NCBI GenBank assembly: GCA_963822445.1
Contig: CAWGHO010000003.1
Location: 1,280,001 to 1,344,000 of the forward strand
Direction: 5' to 3'
Length of the DNA: 64,000 nucleotides
DNA from: an uncultured Acidobacteriota bacterium
GTDB lineage: Bacteria > Acidobacteriota > Thermoanaerobaculia > Gp7-AA8
Every line of letters begins with the position of its first letter. Position 1 is the first letter of the stretch. Shown one piece after another: positions 31,401-43,400 of this stretch. A model generated the notes under the pieces. That model did not search any database. It worked only from the letters and a program-made list of their open reading frames with translations, and was not told where the DNA came from. The position numbers were made by a program, and so were the translations under genes.

Positions 31401-34400
31401 CGTCGCGCAGGCGCCGTCGGTGAACGAGGTCGCGGTGGCGACGATGCCGTCTCCGGCGATCACGCTGCCGAACGGCACGTTGATCAACTGGTTGGTGAGC
31501 GTGCGGCCGGCGAAGCAGGCCGTGCCGAGGAATTCGTTCGGCTCGCCGGACGCGTCGGCTTTGAACACTTCCACGCGGATGCTGTTCGTGGTCAGCACGG
31601 ACGCGGAGTCGACGCTGAACGTCACGTCCAGATCGCTGGGCGTGATCTCGACCAGCGAGATCACCGGTGCGTTCTGATGGTTGTTCGGTCCGGTGTCCGC
31701 GTCGCCGGCGTCGAGGATCTCGACGACGCCATCGCCGTCATGGTCGATGCCCAGGCCGGTGTTGTTGCGGATGGAATTGCCGAGGATGTGGTTGGCGGTG
31801 CCGAAGTTGAGGGCGATGCCGATGCCGTTGTTGGCGATCGCGTTGCCGAGCGACGGGTCGGTGCTGCCGATCACGTTCGCACCGGAGTTGACGAAGATGC
31901 CCTGCGTATTCGGCGCGGCGACGCCATTCGGCTTCACGCCGATCCAGTTCGCTTCGAAGGTGTGGCTGCCGCCGATGATGTTGATGCCGGCGGCGCCCGG
32001 TCCGGCGAAGCCGTAGATGGCCAGGCCGCGGATGACATGGGAGTCGCCATCGACGTTGAGGCCGGACGAGCCGGGGTTCGCGCTGGTGCCGTCGATCTCG
32101 ATCAGCGGCACGCGCGTGGTGGCGTTGTAGCCCGGCTGGGTGGTGCCGTCGATGGTGAGGTTCAGCACGTCGGCGACCGGGAGCGGGCCGGCGATCGGCG
32201 TCAGCGTGGCGATGTTGAAGGTGATCGTGCAGGGCGACGGGCAGACGCCGGCGTCGGCATCGAGCATTGCCTGGAAGAGTGAGCCGGTGCCGGACGCATT
32301 GCTGTTCGTGACGACGAGGGTGTTGTCACCGGTGATGGTGACCGTTGCCGTGCCGACGTCGTTGGCGTTGTTCGGATCGGCTTCAGTTGCCGAGGCCGCG
32401 ACTGAATTGGTGCGCGTGCCGCCTTCATTCGCGGTCGCGTTGATGGCGACGGTCACGGTGTTGCCGACGCCGATCGTGCCGACGTTGCAGGTGACGACGC
32501 TGCCGACGGTGTTGCACGAGCCGGTGCTCGGGGTCGCGCCGGTCACGGTCTGACCGGCCGGCAGCGTGTCGGTGATGACGACGCTCGTCGCCGGCGAGGG
32601 ACCGTTGTTGAGGACGTTGAGGTTCCAGGTGACGGTGCCGCCGAGGGCCACGGTGCCGACGGCCGCGCTCTTGGTGACGGCGAGATCGGCCTGCGCCGCA
32701 CCGACGTTGGTGACGGCGGTGGAGGTGTTGTCGCCGCCGCTGGAGTCGTTGCTCGCGGTCATGTTGGCGACGTTGCTGATGGCCTGCGGCGCTGACGGCG
32801 CGGTGACGTCGAACGTGATGGTGTGCGTGCCCGCGGCGAGGGTCGCCGCGGTGCAGGTGAGCGTCGTCGTGCCGGTGCAGGTGAAGGAAGGCGCGGAGAG
32901 GTTCGACGGAACCATGCCCGCCTGCATCACGTCGGTGACGCTGACGTTGCTGCCCGGGTCGGGGCCGGCGTTGACGACGGTGATGGTGTACGTGAAGACC
33001 TCGTTCGCGGCGACGTTCGCCGCGGCGGTCTTGGTGATCGACAGAGCAGCCGCCGCCGAGGCGGTGAGGGTGATGTTGGTGGGGTTGAGGCCGTAGTTGA
33101 GCGTGCCGCCGGTGAAGGTCAACCCGTTCTTCGTGGTGAAGTCGCCGCTGCGGCTGCCGAAGGAGAGGATCTGGTAGGTGTCGGCGTTCGCGGGCGTGTA
33201 GCCAATGCCGTAATTGATGTTGAGCGTGCCGGCGAGGTTGGCCTGGGCGCTGGTGGTCAGGCGCGAGAACTGGCCGGCGCCCGTGCCGGCGAGCTTCAGG
33301 GTGAGCGCGCCGGTGCCGGTCTGCGTGTAGTTCTGCGCGAATTGCAGCGTGCCGCTGATGATGTCGATGGTGCCGGTGTTGTTGACGACCCAGTTGGTGT
33401 CGAACGCGCTGGCGCCCGTGCCGACGGTCTTGTTCAGCGTGCCGCTGTTGTTGATGGTGACGCCGACCGCGCCGCTGGTGTTGTACGAGCCGAAGGGAAT
33501 GTCGCCGGCCAGCGTGAAGGTGCCGCCGTTGGCGAAGATCGCGCCGATGGACGCGCGCGAGTTGAGGCTGCCGCCGGTGACGTTCACGACGCCGTTGTTG
33601 GTGAGATTCGAGCCGGTCTCGAAGTTGATCGCGCCCGAGCTGAGAGTGAGGGTGTTGCCCGGGTCGATGGTGAGGGACGTCCGCAGCTCCGCGCTGCCGG
33701 CCCAAGTGTGAGACGGGGAGGGGCCGGCCAGGGTCAGACCGCCGGAGCCGGAGATCGTGCCGCCGGTGACGGTGAGGAGGTTCGTCGTCGCGGCTGTATT
33801 GAAGAAGACGTTGCCGGCGCTGACGAGTGTTGCGCCCGGCGCGTACGTGTTCGCGATGGTGGCGGTGCCGCCCGTCATGCGGAATGAGCCGGAGCCGGCG
33901 ATCGAGCCGGTGGTATTCGCGAAGGAGCCGCCGGCGACTTCGAACCCGCCCGGCGAGGTAACCGTGATTGCGCCTGCGTTCGTGCTGCCGCTGCCCTCGA
34001 GGCGGAGGATGCCGCTGGTGATGGCGATCGTGCCGGTTGCGCCGTTGCTGACCGCCCAGGTGGAGTCGAGCGTGGAGGTGGCGGCACCGGCGGTTTTGTT
34101 GATGTTGCCGCTGTTCACGATCGTCGTGCCGACCGCGCCGCTGGTGTTCCAGGAGCCGAACTGCACGTCGTTCGAGAGATTGACCACGCCGGGGTTGAGC
34201 CAGGTCGCGCCGATGGAGGCGCGCGAGTTGAAGCCGCCACCGGTGACGTTGAACGTCCCGTTGTTGGTGAGGTTGGAGCCGGTGTCGAAGACGAACGCGC
34301 CGCCGCTCATGGTCAGCGTGTTGCCCGGGTTGATGGTGAGCGCGGTCTGGACGACGGTGCTGCCGGTCCAGGTGTGGGTAGTGCCGGCGAGGGTAAGGCT

Positions 34401-37400
34401 GCCGGTGCCGGCGATCGTGCCGCCGGATGCGGTGAGGAGCGCGGTCGTTGCGGCGGTGTCGAAGGTCAGGGTGCCGGCGGTGATCGCGGTGCCGACGTTA
34501 TAGGTGCTGCTGATGGTCGAGGTGCCGCCGGCGCTGCGGAAGGTACCCGTTCCGGACAGCGATCCGGCGGTGCTGGAGAACGATCCCGTTCCGACCTCGA
34601 AGATGCCCGGCGAGGTGATGGTGATCGGGCCGGTGTTGGTGTTGCCGCTGCCGTCGAGGCGGAGCGTTCCGTCGGTCACGGTCAGCGCGCCGCTGTTGTT
34701 GAGGGCCCAGTTCACGTCGAAGCCGGTCGTGCCCGCGCCGGCGGATTTGGTGATCGTGCCGGTGCCGGTGTTGTTGATGGTGACGCCGACGCTTCCGCTG
34801 GTGTTGAACGAGCCGAAAGAGACGTTGCCGGTAATGTTGAAGGTGGCGTTGTTGGTGAGCGTGGAGCCGATGCCCGCGGGCGTGGCCACGGTGGCGCCGG
34901 CGAGGGTCAGCGTTCCGTTGTTGGTCAGGGACGCTCCCGGCTCGAACCGTAGCGTGCCGGTGACCGACAGCGCACCCGTGGCCGCGATGGTGCTGGGTCC
35001 GGTGAGGATGAGCGTTGCCGAGCCTACGCTCAGCGTTGCCCCGGCACCGACATGCACTCCGGTCACGGTCTGGTTGATGCCGCTCATGGTGACCGTGTAC
35101 GTGCCGGTGGCGTCGAGGTACGCCGTCTGCGCGGACGTCGGGACCACACCGGTGCTCCAGTTGGCGGCGGTGTTCCAGTTTCCGCTGACAGGATTGAGCC
35201 AGTGCGGATCGGCCGAGTAGACGTAGCCATTCGTCAGGGTCGCGTCAGCGGAGTCGGGGTGGGTGACGACGACATCGACCGTGCCGGCGGCATGGGCCGG
35301 CGTGGTCGCGGTGATGGTGCTGGTGTTGACGACGGTGATCGACGTCGCAGCGACGCCGTCGAAGGTTACGCCGGCGCCGGCGTGGAAGTTCGTGCCGCTG
35401 ATGGTGACGCTTTGACCACCCGCCGGCGAGCCGATGGCCGGCGCGATGCCGGTGACGGTGACGACCGGGCCGGTGAGCGGAGTGATGGTCGCGGCAATCC
35501 CCGTGCTGTCGTCGAGGTAGTTCCCATTGCCGTAGCCGACGGTCAGCTCGACGACGTCGCCGAGGTTCAGAGACCTGCGCAGGACGAAGCTCTGCGGCAC
35601 GTTGTAGGCGGTGACGTTGCCGCTGAACTGTTCGATGCCCCCGATGAGGACCGCCACGTCGGTAGTGGTCGGAGCCTGATCGACGCCCGTGAATGCGCCG
35701 CTGATCTGCCACTGACCGGCCGCGGGGGCCGTCCAGCGCACCACTGAGTTTTCCCCGGCCGCGCCGGAATGCCCGCCGAACGTGCCGGCGGGAACGGTGA
35801 CGTCGCCGGAGTGCGTGATTGGCGAGGCCGTCGGATTGTGGAACGCCGTCGGCGCCGCACCGACGTACCAGTAATCGTAGCCACTGCCATGGGTGGTGGA
35901 CGTCGTGAAGAGATTGAACGCGCTTCCGCGTGTGGCTGACCATCCGTAGGACCACGGTCCGGTCGGATTCACGGTCCTGGAGAAGTCCCGGGCGACGTCC
36001 CAGTTGTCGTTGTACGCGAACGCGCCGTTGGCGGAGCCGGCGGGGTTGGTGACGGAGACGACGATGTTGCCGGCGGCGTGTGCAGGCGCGATGACCTCGA
36101 GCAACGTCGCCGTCTGGTTGACGATCGTCGCGGGCGTGGAGTCGAAGACGATTGACGTGACCGTGTCGAGCGCGGTGCCGTCGATGTAAATGGTGGTGCC
36201 GCCGGCGACGTTGGCGTTGTTCGGACGCAACGCACTGACCGTCGGACCGGAGGTCGCGAGATAGGTGAAGCCGCCGACGCTGGTGGCCGGCTGGCCGTCA
36301 GGATTCGTGACGACGACGTCGATTGCCGCCGGAGCGGTTCCGCCGAACGCGGGCGTCGTGGCGGTGATCTGCGTCGGGCTGTTGAACGTGACCGAGGCCA
36401 CGACGCCGTCGAAAGTCACCGTGGGCGTGGCCGCGAAGCCGGTGCCGACGATGACGACGCTCGTGCCGCCGAACTCCGTGCCGGAATTCGGGGTGAGGCT
36501 GGTGATGGTCGGGCCGCTGGCGGTGAGCAGAACGCTGCTGCTGCCCGGATAGCTGACACCGAACGAGCGGCCGGCGCCGAAGCTGGTGCTGGTCGTGCCG
36601 AAGGTGCCGCTGACCGGCGACATGACCGACCAGGTCTGTCCGCCCTGCGGAACGAACGGGCCGACGACGTACGCGGTGAGCTGCGCACCGCCGATGTTCG
36701 GCGTGCCGGTGAAGGTCATCGTGCCGGCGGTGGTCGCGCTGCTGACGCCGAACTTGTAATGCGAGCTGGCGTTGCCAGCGATCGACTGGGTGTAGTTGAT
36801 GGCACCGCTCTCGACGTCGACGATGCCGCCGCTGTTGTCGGAGTTCACGCCCATCGTGAACGTGCCCGCGCCGGCCGTCTTCTTGATCGTGCCGGTGTTC
36901 ATCACCCAGGAGGGGTTGAACCGCGACCACGTTCCATCGACCTGCAGGTCGACCGTGCCGCTGTTGTTGAAGTTGCCGGTCTGGAAGGTGAGGCCGCCCG
37001 TCGATGTGTAAACGATGCTGCCCTGGTTGTTGAGGATGCGCTCCATCACCAGCGGGCTGCTGCCGCTGATCGTGGTCGCGCAAAGGAGGCCGAGAGTCAT
37101 CGTGCCGGCGCCGCTCGTGGAGCCGCCCGTCCAGTTGAAGGTGTCGCTGACGCTCATCGTGCCGGCGCCGTTCATCGTGCCGCTGCTGAAATCGAGGTTC
37201 GCGACGGTGGCGGTACCGCTGGTGGTCACGGTTGCGCCGGAGACCTGCAGCGAGCCGAGGCCGGTTTGCGTGGCGTTGAACGTGCTCCCGCCCGCGTTGT
37301 AGGCGACGGCGGTCCCGGCGGCGGTGGTGAACGTTCCGCTGCTCGTGCCACTGCCGTTCAGATTCAGCGCACCGCTGTTGATGGTGACCTGGTTGTTGTT

Positions 37401-40400
37401 GCTGAACGATTCGGAGAAGGTGAGCGTGCCCGCGCCGAGGGTCATCGTGCCGTCGTTGACGAACGTGCCCTGCCAGGTGCTCGAGCCGGTGCCCGTGGTC
37501 TTGTTGAAGTTCGCGCCGGTGGCGTTGGTGAACGTCGTGGCGTTGAAGCGCAGCCAGGTCGCGTTACTGAGCAGATTGAAGATGGCGTTGTTGGTGATGC
37601 TGCCCGTCTGCAGGGTGAACGAGCCGGTCATGTCGAAGTTGACGATGCCGTCGTTCGTAGCGACGCGCTCCATGGCCCGGTTGTTCGCGCCGGTGATGGT
37701 CGTCGTGCAGCCGCCACCGAGAATGAGCACGCCGCCACCGGTGAAGTCACCACCGCTCCAGAGGAAGGTGGTGTCGACGGTGAGGGCCGTGCCATTGATC
37801 GTGCCGCCGGTGAGCTCGAGGTTATTGGCGGCCGCACCGTTCGCCGAAACGGTTCCGCCGGTGACCTGCAGCTTCCCGCCGCTCGATTGAAGTCCACCGA
37901 AGGTGTGAGAGCCGGCGTTGTACGCGACCACCGTTCCTGCGACGGTGTCGAAAGTACCGGTGCTGGTGCCGCTGCCGTTCAGGTTCAGCGTTCCGCTGTT
38001 GACGGTAACGAGGTTGTTGTTGCTGAAGGACTCGGAGAACGTGAGCGTGCCCGCGCCGAGCGTCATCGTGCCGTCATTGACGAACGTGCCCTGCCACGTG
38101 CTCGTGCCGGCGGCGGTGGTCTTGTTGAAGTTTCCGCCGCTGGCGTTGGTGAAGATGGGCGCATTGAAGCGCAGCCAGGTGGCATTGCTCTGGAGGTTGA
38201 AGGTGCCGTTGTTGGTGAAGTTGCCGGTATTGAGGGTGAAGGCGCCGGTCACATCGAAGTTGATCGTGCCATTGTTCACCACCGTCGCGACGACGCGTGG
38301 CGAGGCGCCGCTGATCGTGGTCGTGCAGGTGCTGGCGAGGGTGAGAGCGTCGCTGACGAAGTCGCCGGCCGTCCATTGGAGAGAATCGTTGATGGCGAAC
38401 GCCGATGTGCCGGTCATCGTGCCCGCGGTGAGCTCGACGTTCGACGCCGTACCGCTCACAGTCACCGTCGCGCCCGATCCTCGGAGTTTCCCGCTGCCGG
38501 TGAACGCGCCGCTGAATGTGTGACTGCCGGCGGAGTACTCGACGATGCCCGTACCTGCGCCGGTGGCGAACGTGCCACTGCTCGAGCCGCTGCCGCTGAG
38601 TTTCAACGTGCCGGCGGTGACATTCACCAGGTTCGTGTTGCCGAAGGTCTCGGTGAAGTTCAGCGTGCCCGCGCCGAGGTTCATCGTTCCCGCGTTCGAG
38701 AACGTGCCCTGCCATGTAGAGGTGCCCGTGGCGAGGGTCTTGTTGAACGTGGCCGTCGCGGTGTTCAGGAAGGACGTGGAGTTGAAGCGCAGCCAGGTGG
38801 CGTCGCTCTGCAGATTGAACGTGCCGTTGTTGGTGAAGTTGCTGGTGTGCTGCGTGTACGTGCCGGTCATGTCGAAGGTGACCGTGCCGTTGTTGGTGAT
38901 GCCACCGGCGCTGTAGCGGGTGGTGGCGCCGGTGATGGTGGAGATCGAGCCCGTGTCGAGGACGAGCGCGGCGCCGAGGTCGCCGCCGTTCCAGGTCATG
39001 CCGCCGGTGACGGTCAGCGTGAATGCACCGCTGAGGCGCGTGCCCGAACCGTTGAAGGTGACGTTGGTCACGGAGCGGTTCGAGTCCAGCGCGACGTCGT
39101 GGTTGATGACGGCGCTGTCGTACGACTGCGGGAAGCTGCCCGCGCCCCAGGTGGCGGGATTGTTCCAGGCGCCGTTGGTGACGCTGGTGTACGTGGTGGC
39201 GGCGATGAAGGCGAATCCGTTCGTGAGCGAGCCCGTTCCGGCCGCGGTGGTGACGTCGACGTTGTACGTGCCGGAGGCGGTGGCAACGGTGGTCGCAGTG
39301 ATCTGCGACTGGGTGTTCGTGCCGATGCTGATGGGATTGCCGACGGTCACCGAGGCGCCGCTCATCGAGCTGCCGGCGATCGTGACGCCGGTGCCGCCCG
39401 CGGTGGTGCCGCTGGTGGGGTTGATGCTCAGAACGGTGGGCGCCGCCGGATAGCACTTACCAGCGTCGTCCGCATCGTAAATCGCCAGCACCTCGGCAGC
39501 AGAAAGAGCGCGGTTGTAGACCGAGACCTCATCGATCGAGCCGTTGAAGAAGTAGGCCAGGGATTCGTTCTCGTACTCGGCGCCGATCGTGAGCGGATGC
39601 GTGTCGTACGCGATCGACGCGAGCTCCGCGGCGCTCAGGGCGAGCTGGCCGTCGACGTAGAGGCGGATGTCGTTTGCGGCGTCATCGAAGGTCAGCGCGA
39701 CGTGGTACCAGACGCCGGTGGACGGCGTGAAGGCCGTGGTCTTGTAGGTGATGCCGCCCGGACCACCGACGCCGAAGTAGAGCAGGTTGTCCTTGTACGA
39801 GACGCCGTAGGACTCGAACGTGCCCGTGCCCGCCGTCTTGCCGAACAACATCGCGTAATTGCCCACCGGGACGCTGTTGAACTTGACCCATCCCTCGATG
39901 GTCACGTTCGGGGCGGGACGGCTCCAGACGGAGTCCGGGACGCTGACATGCTGGGTGCCGTTGAGAGCGAAGGCCTGCCCGACACGGCCCGCTGCATAGC
40001 CGCCGTTGTTGGTGCCGTTCGTTCCACCGGCGCCGTCGGTCGCATCTCCTTCGCCTCGGAACCACGACACGACGCCACTGGTGGTGATGTCGCAAAGCGC
40101 GGCGGCGTAACTGAACGCGCTGGTCAACGTGTCCGACCCGTCTGGATTGGTGACGGTGACGTTGACCGTGCCCGCGCCGGCCGGTGTGCGCACTTTGAGG
40201 ATCGGTGAGGTCGAGAGGATGGTGGCGTTGCTCGCTCCGAACTGAACCTGCGTGACGCTGCTGAGGTTCGTGCCGGAGATCTCGGTGTAGGTTCCGCCGT
40301 TGACCGTGCCGCTGGTGACGGAGAGCGCGGTGATCGTCGGCGAGCTCGCGTTGTACGTGAACGCATTGAGCTTCGTGTGCGCTTCGGTGTTCGCGTTGGT

Positions 40401-43400
40401 GACGGTGACATTGACCGCGCCCGCGGCGTGGGCGGGGGAGGTCGCGGTGAGCTCGGTCGCGCTCTGCCAGAGAACCGGCGTCGCGAAGGTCGTGTCGAAT
40501 TTGACCGTGCCGGTGAAGTTCTCGCCGGGCGTGGTGCCGGTGAAGCCGGTGCCGGTGATGGTGACCGCCGTGCCGCCGGTGAGGCCGCCCGACATCGGGG
40601 ACAGCGTGGTGATGGTCGGGCCACTCGCGGTCAGCGTGAGATCGTTCGCGTTGTAGGTCTCGGCCAGCGTACGCGTGCCGGCGAAGGTGTAGTTCTTGGT
40701 GATGAAGTCGCCGCTGCGACCGCCGAACGTCAGCACCTGGAACGCGGTGCCGCCATCGGGGACGTAGCCGATGTTCACTTCCGGAGTCGACGTTCCGGAA
40801 AGCGTCACGGTGCCGGTGACGGCGATGCGGCCGAAGTCCGTCAGCGGCGTCGGGCCGTTGATGGGGAACTTCAGCGTGCCGTTGCTGGTCAGGCCGCTGG
40901 GGAAGGCGAGGATGCCCGTGGCCGCGCCGATGGTGCCCGTCGCGGTGTTCGTGCAGACGCCGCCGCAATGAACGTTGCTCGTGCCGGTGCCTCCGGTCTT
41001 GCCGAAGAGACCACTGAGGCCGAAGGTGCCGGCGCCGCCGGTGCCGTCGTACCCGAAGTCGTGATCGCCGGTGATGGCCAGCGAGGCCAGAGCACCGGCG
41101 AGGCTGAAGGAGCCGCCGTTGCGGAAGCCAACCGTGGTGCCGGCGTTCATCGAGCCGGCGATGGTGATCGTTCCACCGTCGACCTTCGGGGTCTGCGTAC
41201 CGGCGACGGCGTTCAGCGTCGCGCCGCTGTCGATGGTCAGACCGCTGCCGGCGATCGATGCTTCCTTCCAGGTGAGGATGCCCGTCAGCGTGACGCCGTT
41301 GAAGGTCATCGTGTTCGCGCCGCGCAGCATCAGCACGCCGGTCGTCGGCGCGGCGATGTTGCCGGCGAAGCTCGCCGCGCTGTTGACGTCGTGCGTGCCG
41401 TTGCCGATGAAGCTCGCGCCGGTCAGGAAGGTCGCGCCGTTGCTGAAGCGAACGGTCGCGCCAGCCGCCGCGTTGAACGTGCCGTCGCTCGTGATCGGCG
41501 AAGTGATCTCGATGATTCCGCTGTCGGACTGGATCGTGCCCGAGCCGCTGAGCGTCGCGCCGCCGCCGAGGGACATCGGCAGCGAGCCGCCGCTCTTGAG
41601 GATCGTTCCGGAGTTGTCGATCGAGGCGACGAGGCCGACGCCGTCCCAGCGGAAGTCGCGATCGTCCTGGATGTCGACGAGACCGCCGATGTCCATCGAG
41701 GAGCCGTTGGTGAAATGGACGGCGGCGCCCTGGAGCTCGAGCGTGCCGTTGTTCTGCCACGCCAGTCCGTCAGCGATCTTCACCGTGCCGCCGCTGATGG
41801 TGGTGATGACCGTTCCCGGCGGGGTCTGCAGGGTGTTGCCGATGAACGTGGCGTCCTTCCACTCCAGATTGCCGGTGAAGGTGGCCGTGGTCCAGGTGAT
41901 GTTCGCGATCGCGTCGATCCGGAAGATGGTCGCGCTCGCGGAGATCGAGCCCTTGAGCTCGACCGCGCTGTTGATGAGGATCGTGCCCGTGCCGGTGAAG
42001 TCGGTGCCGGTCTCGAAGGTGCCGCCGGTCGAGAACTGCATCGTGGCGCCGTTGAGCACCTGGAAGGTTTGCGAGGCCGCGGGGTTCGCGGAGATCCTGC
42101 GGCCGCTGGTGGCGCTGCCAATGATGAAGCCGGCGGTGGTGATGTCGCTGGTGATGTTCAGCGTCCCCGACTCGCCGCTGATGAAGCCGATGTTGTTCAG
42201 CTCCGCGCCGCCGCCGAGCGAGCTCAGTCCCGCCCCGGCGATCTTCTTGATGATGCCGCTGTCGTTGTTGTCGATCTGAACGATGGCGCCTGCGCCGTTC
42301 CACATCAGGTCGAAATCGCCGTTGATGTTGATCGTCCCGTCGTTGTTCAGCGATGCCCCGTTTGACAGATGGAGGCTGGCCGCGTTGAGGTTGATCGTGC
42401 CGTCGTTGACGAGCGGCGAGAACTCGATGGTGTGGGTGACTGCAGTGGCGATGTTGAGAATCGACCCGTTGGAGATGGTCAGGCCCGCGGAGATCGTTCC
42501 GCTGTTCCAGGCCATCGTCCCGTCGACGGTGAGGTCGAGGGAGCCCCAGAGATTGGCGTTGAGCTGAATGTCGTTGATCGTCGCGCTGACGTCGACGGTC
42601 ACGTCGTGATTGACGACGACGTTGTCCCACGCGTTGGGAACGACGCCGCCCTGCCAGGTGGCCGTGCTCGACCAGTTGCCCGGACTCTGCGTCTGAATGG
42701 TCTGGGGCAGGGCGACGGTGAAGGACTTGAAGCTGGTGCCGATGGTGGAGGCGGTGACGCTGATCGTGCCCGTGGTCGCTCCGGCGGGGACGGTGGCGTA
42801 GATCTCGGTGTCCCCGCTGATCCCGAAGCCGGGGTCGGAGACGCCGTTGAACTTCACGTCGGTCGCGCCGGTGAAGTTCGAGCCGTAGAGGGTGACCGCG
42901 GTTCCGGTCGCGCCAATGGTCGGCGTGAAGCTGGCCACGGACGGATCAGTCGCGCCCCATTGCTGAGCGATGCCGGCGCCCCATTCCGTGGCGTAACTCG
43001 CCACCCCATTCACCTCGGCGAAAAGATTCGTCGTGTCGACCCAGCCCGCGGGAAACGTGGGAGTGGTTCCGAAGTCGCGAATGGGGACGAACGTCCGGAT
43101 GTCGCCACTCCAGTTGAGATTCGGCCAGTAGTACTTCAGGTCGACCGTGGACGGATCGCCGCTGAGGTTCCAGAGGAAGTTCACGCGTGACGTCGAGGTG
43201 ACGTCGGTGACCAGCACGTTGATCGTAGCCGCGGAGGCGGAGGTGATCTCGATCGGCGCGTATCCACCGGAGAGATCGCTGATGGTCTCGAACCTGCGCA
43301 TCTGTCCGGCGGGAATGGCGATGGAGAGGTTGCCCTGCACGCCGCCGAAGGTCCGGCTGATCGTTCCTGTCGAGGCAACGGTCAGCTTCCGCGGCGACTC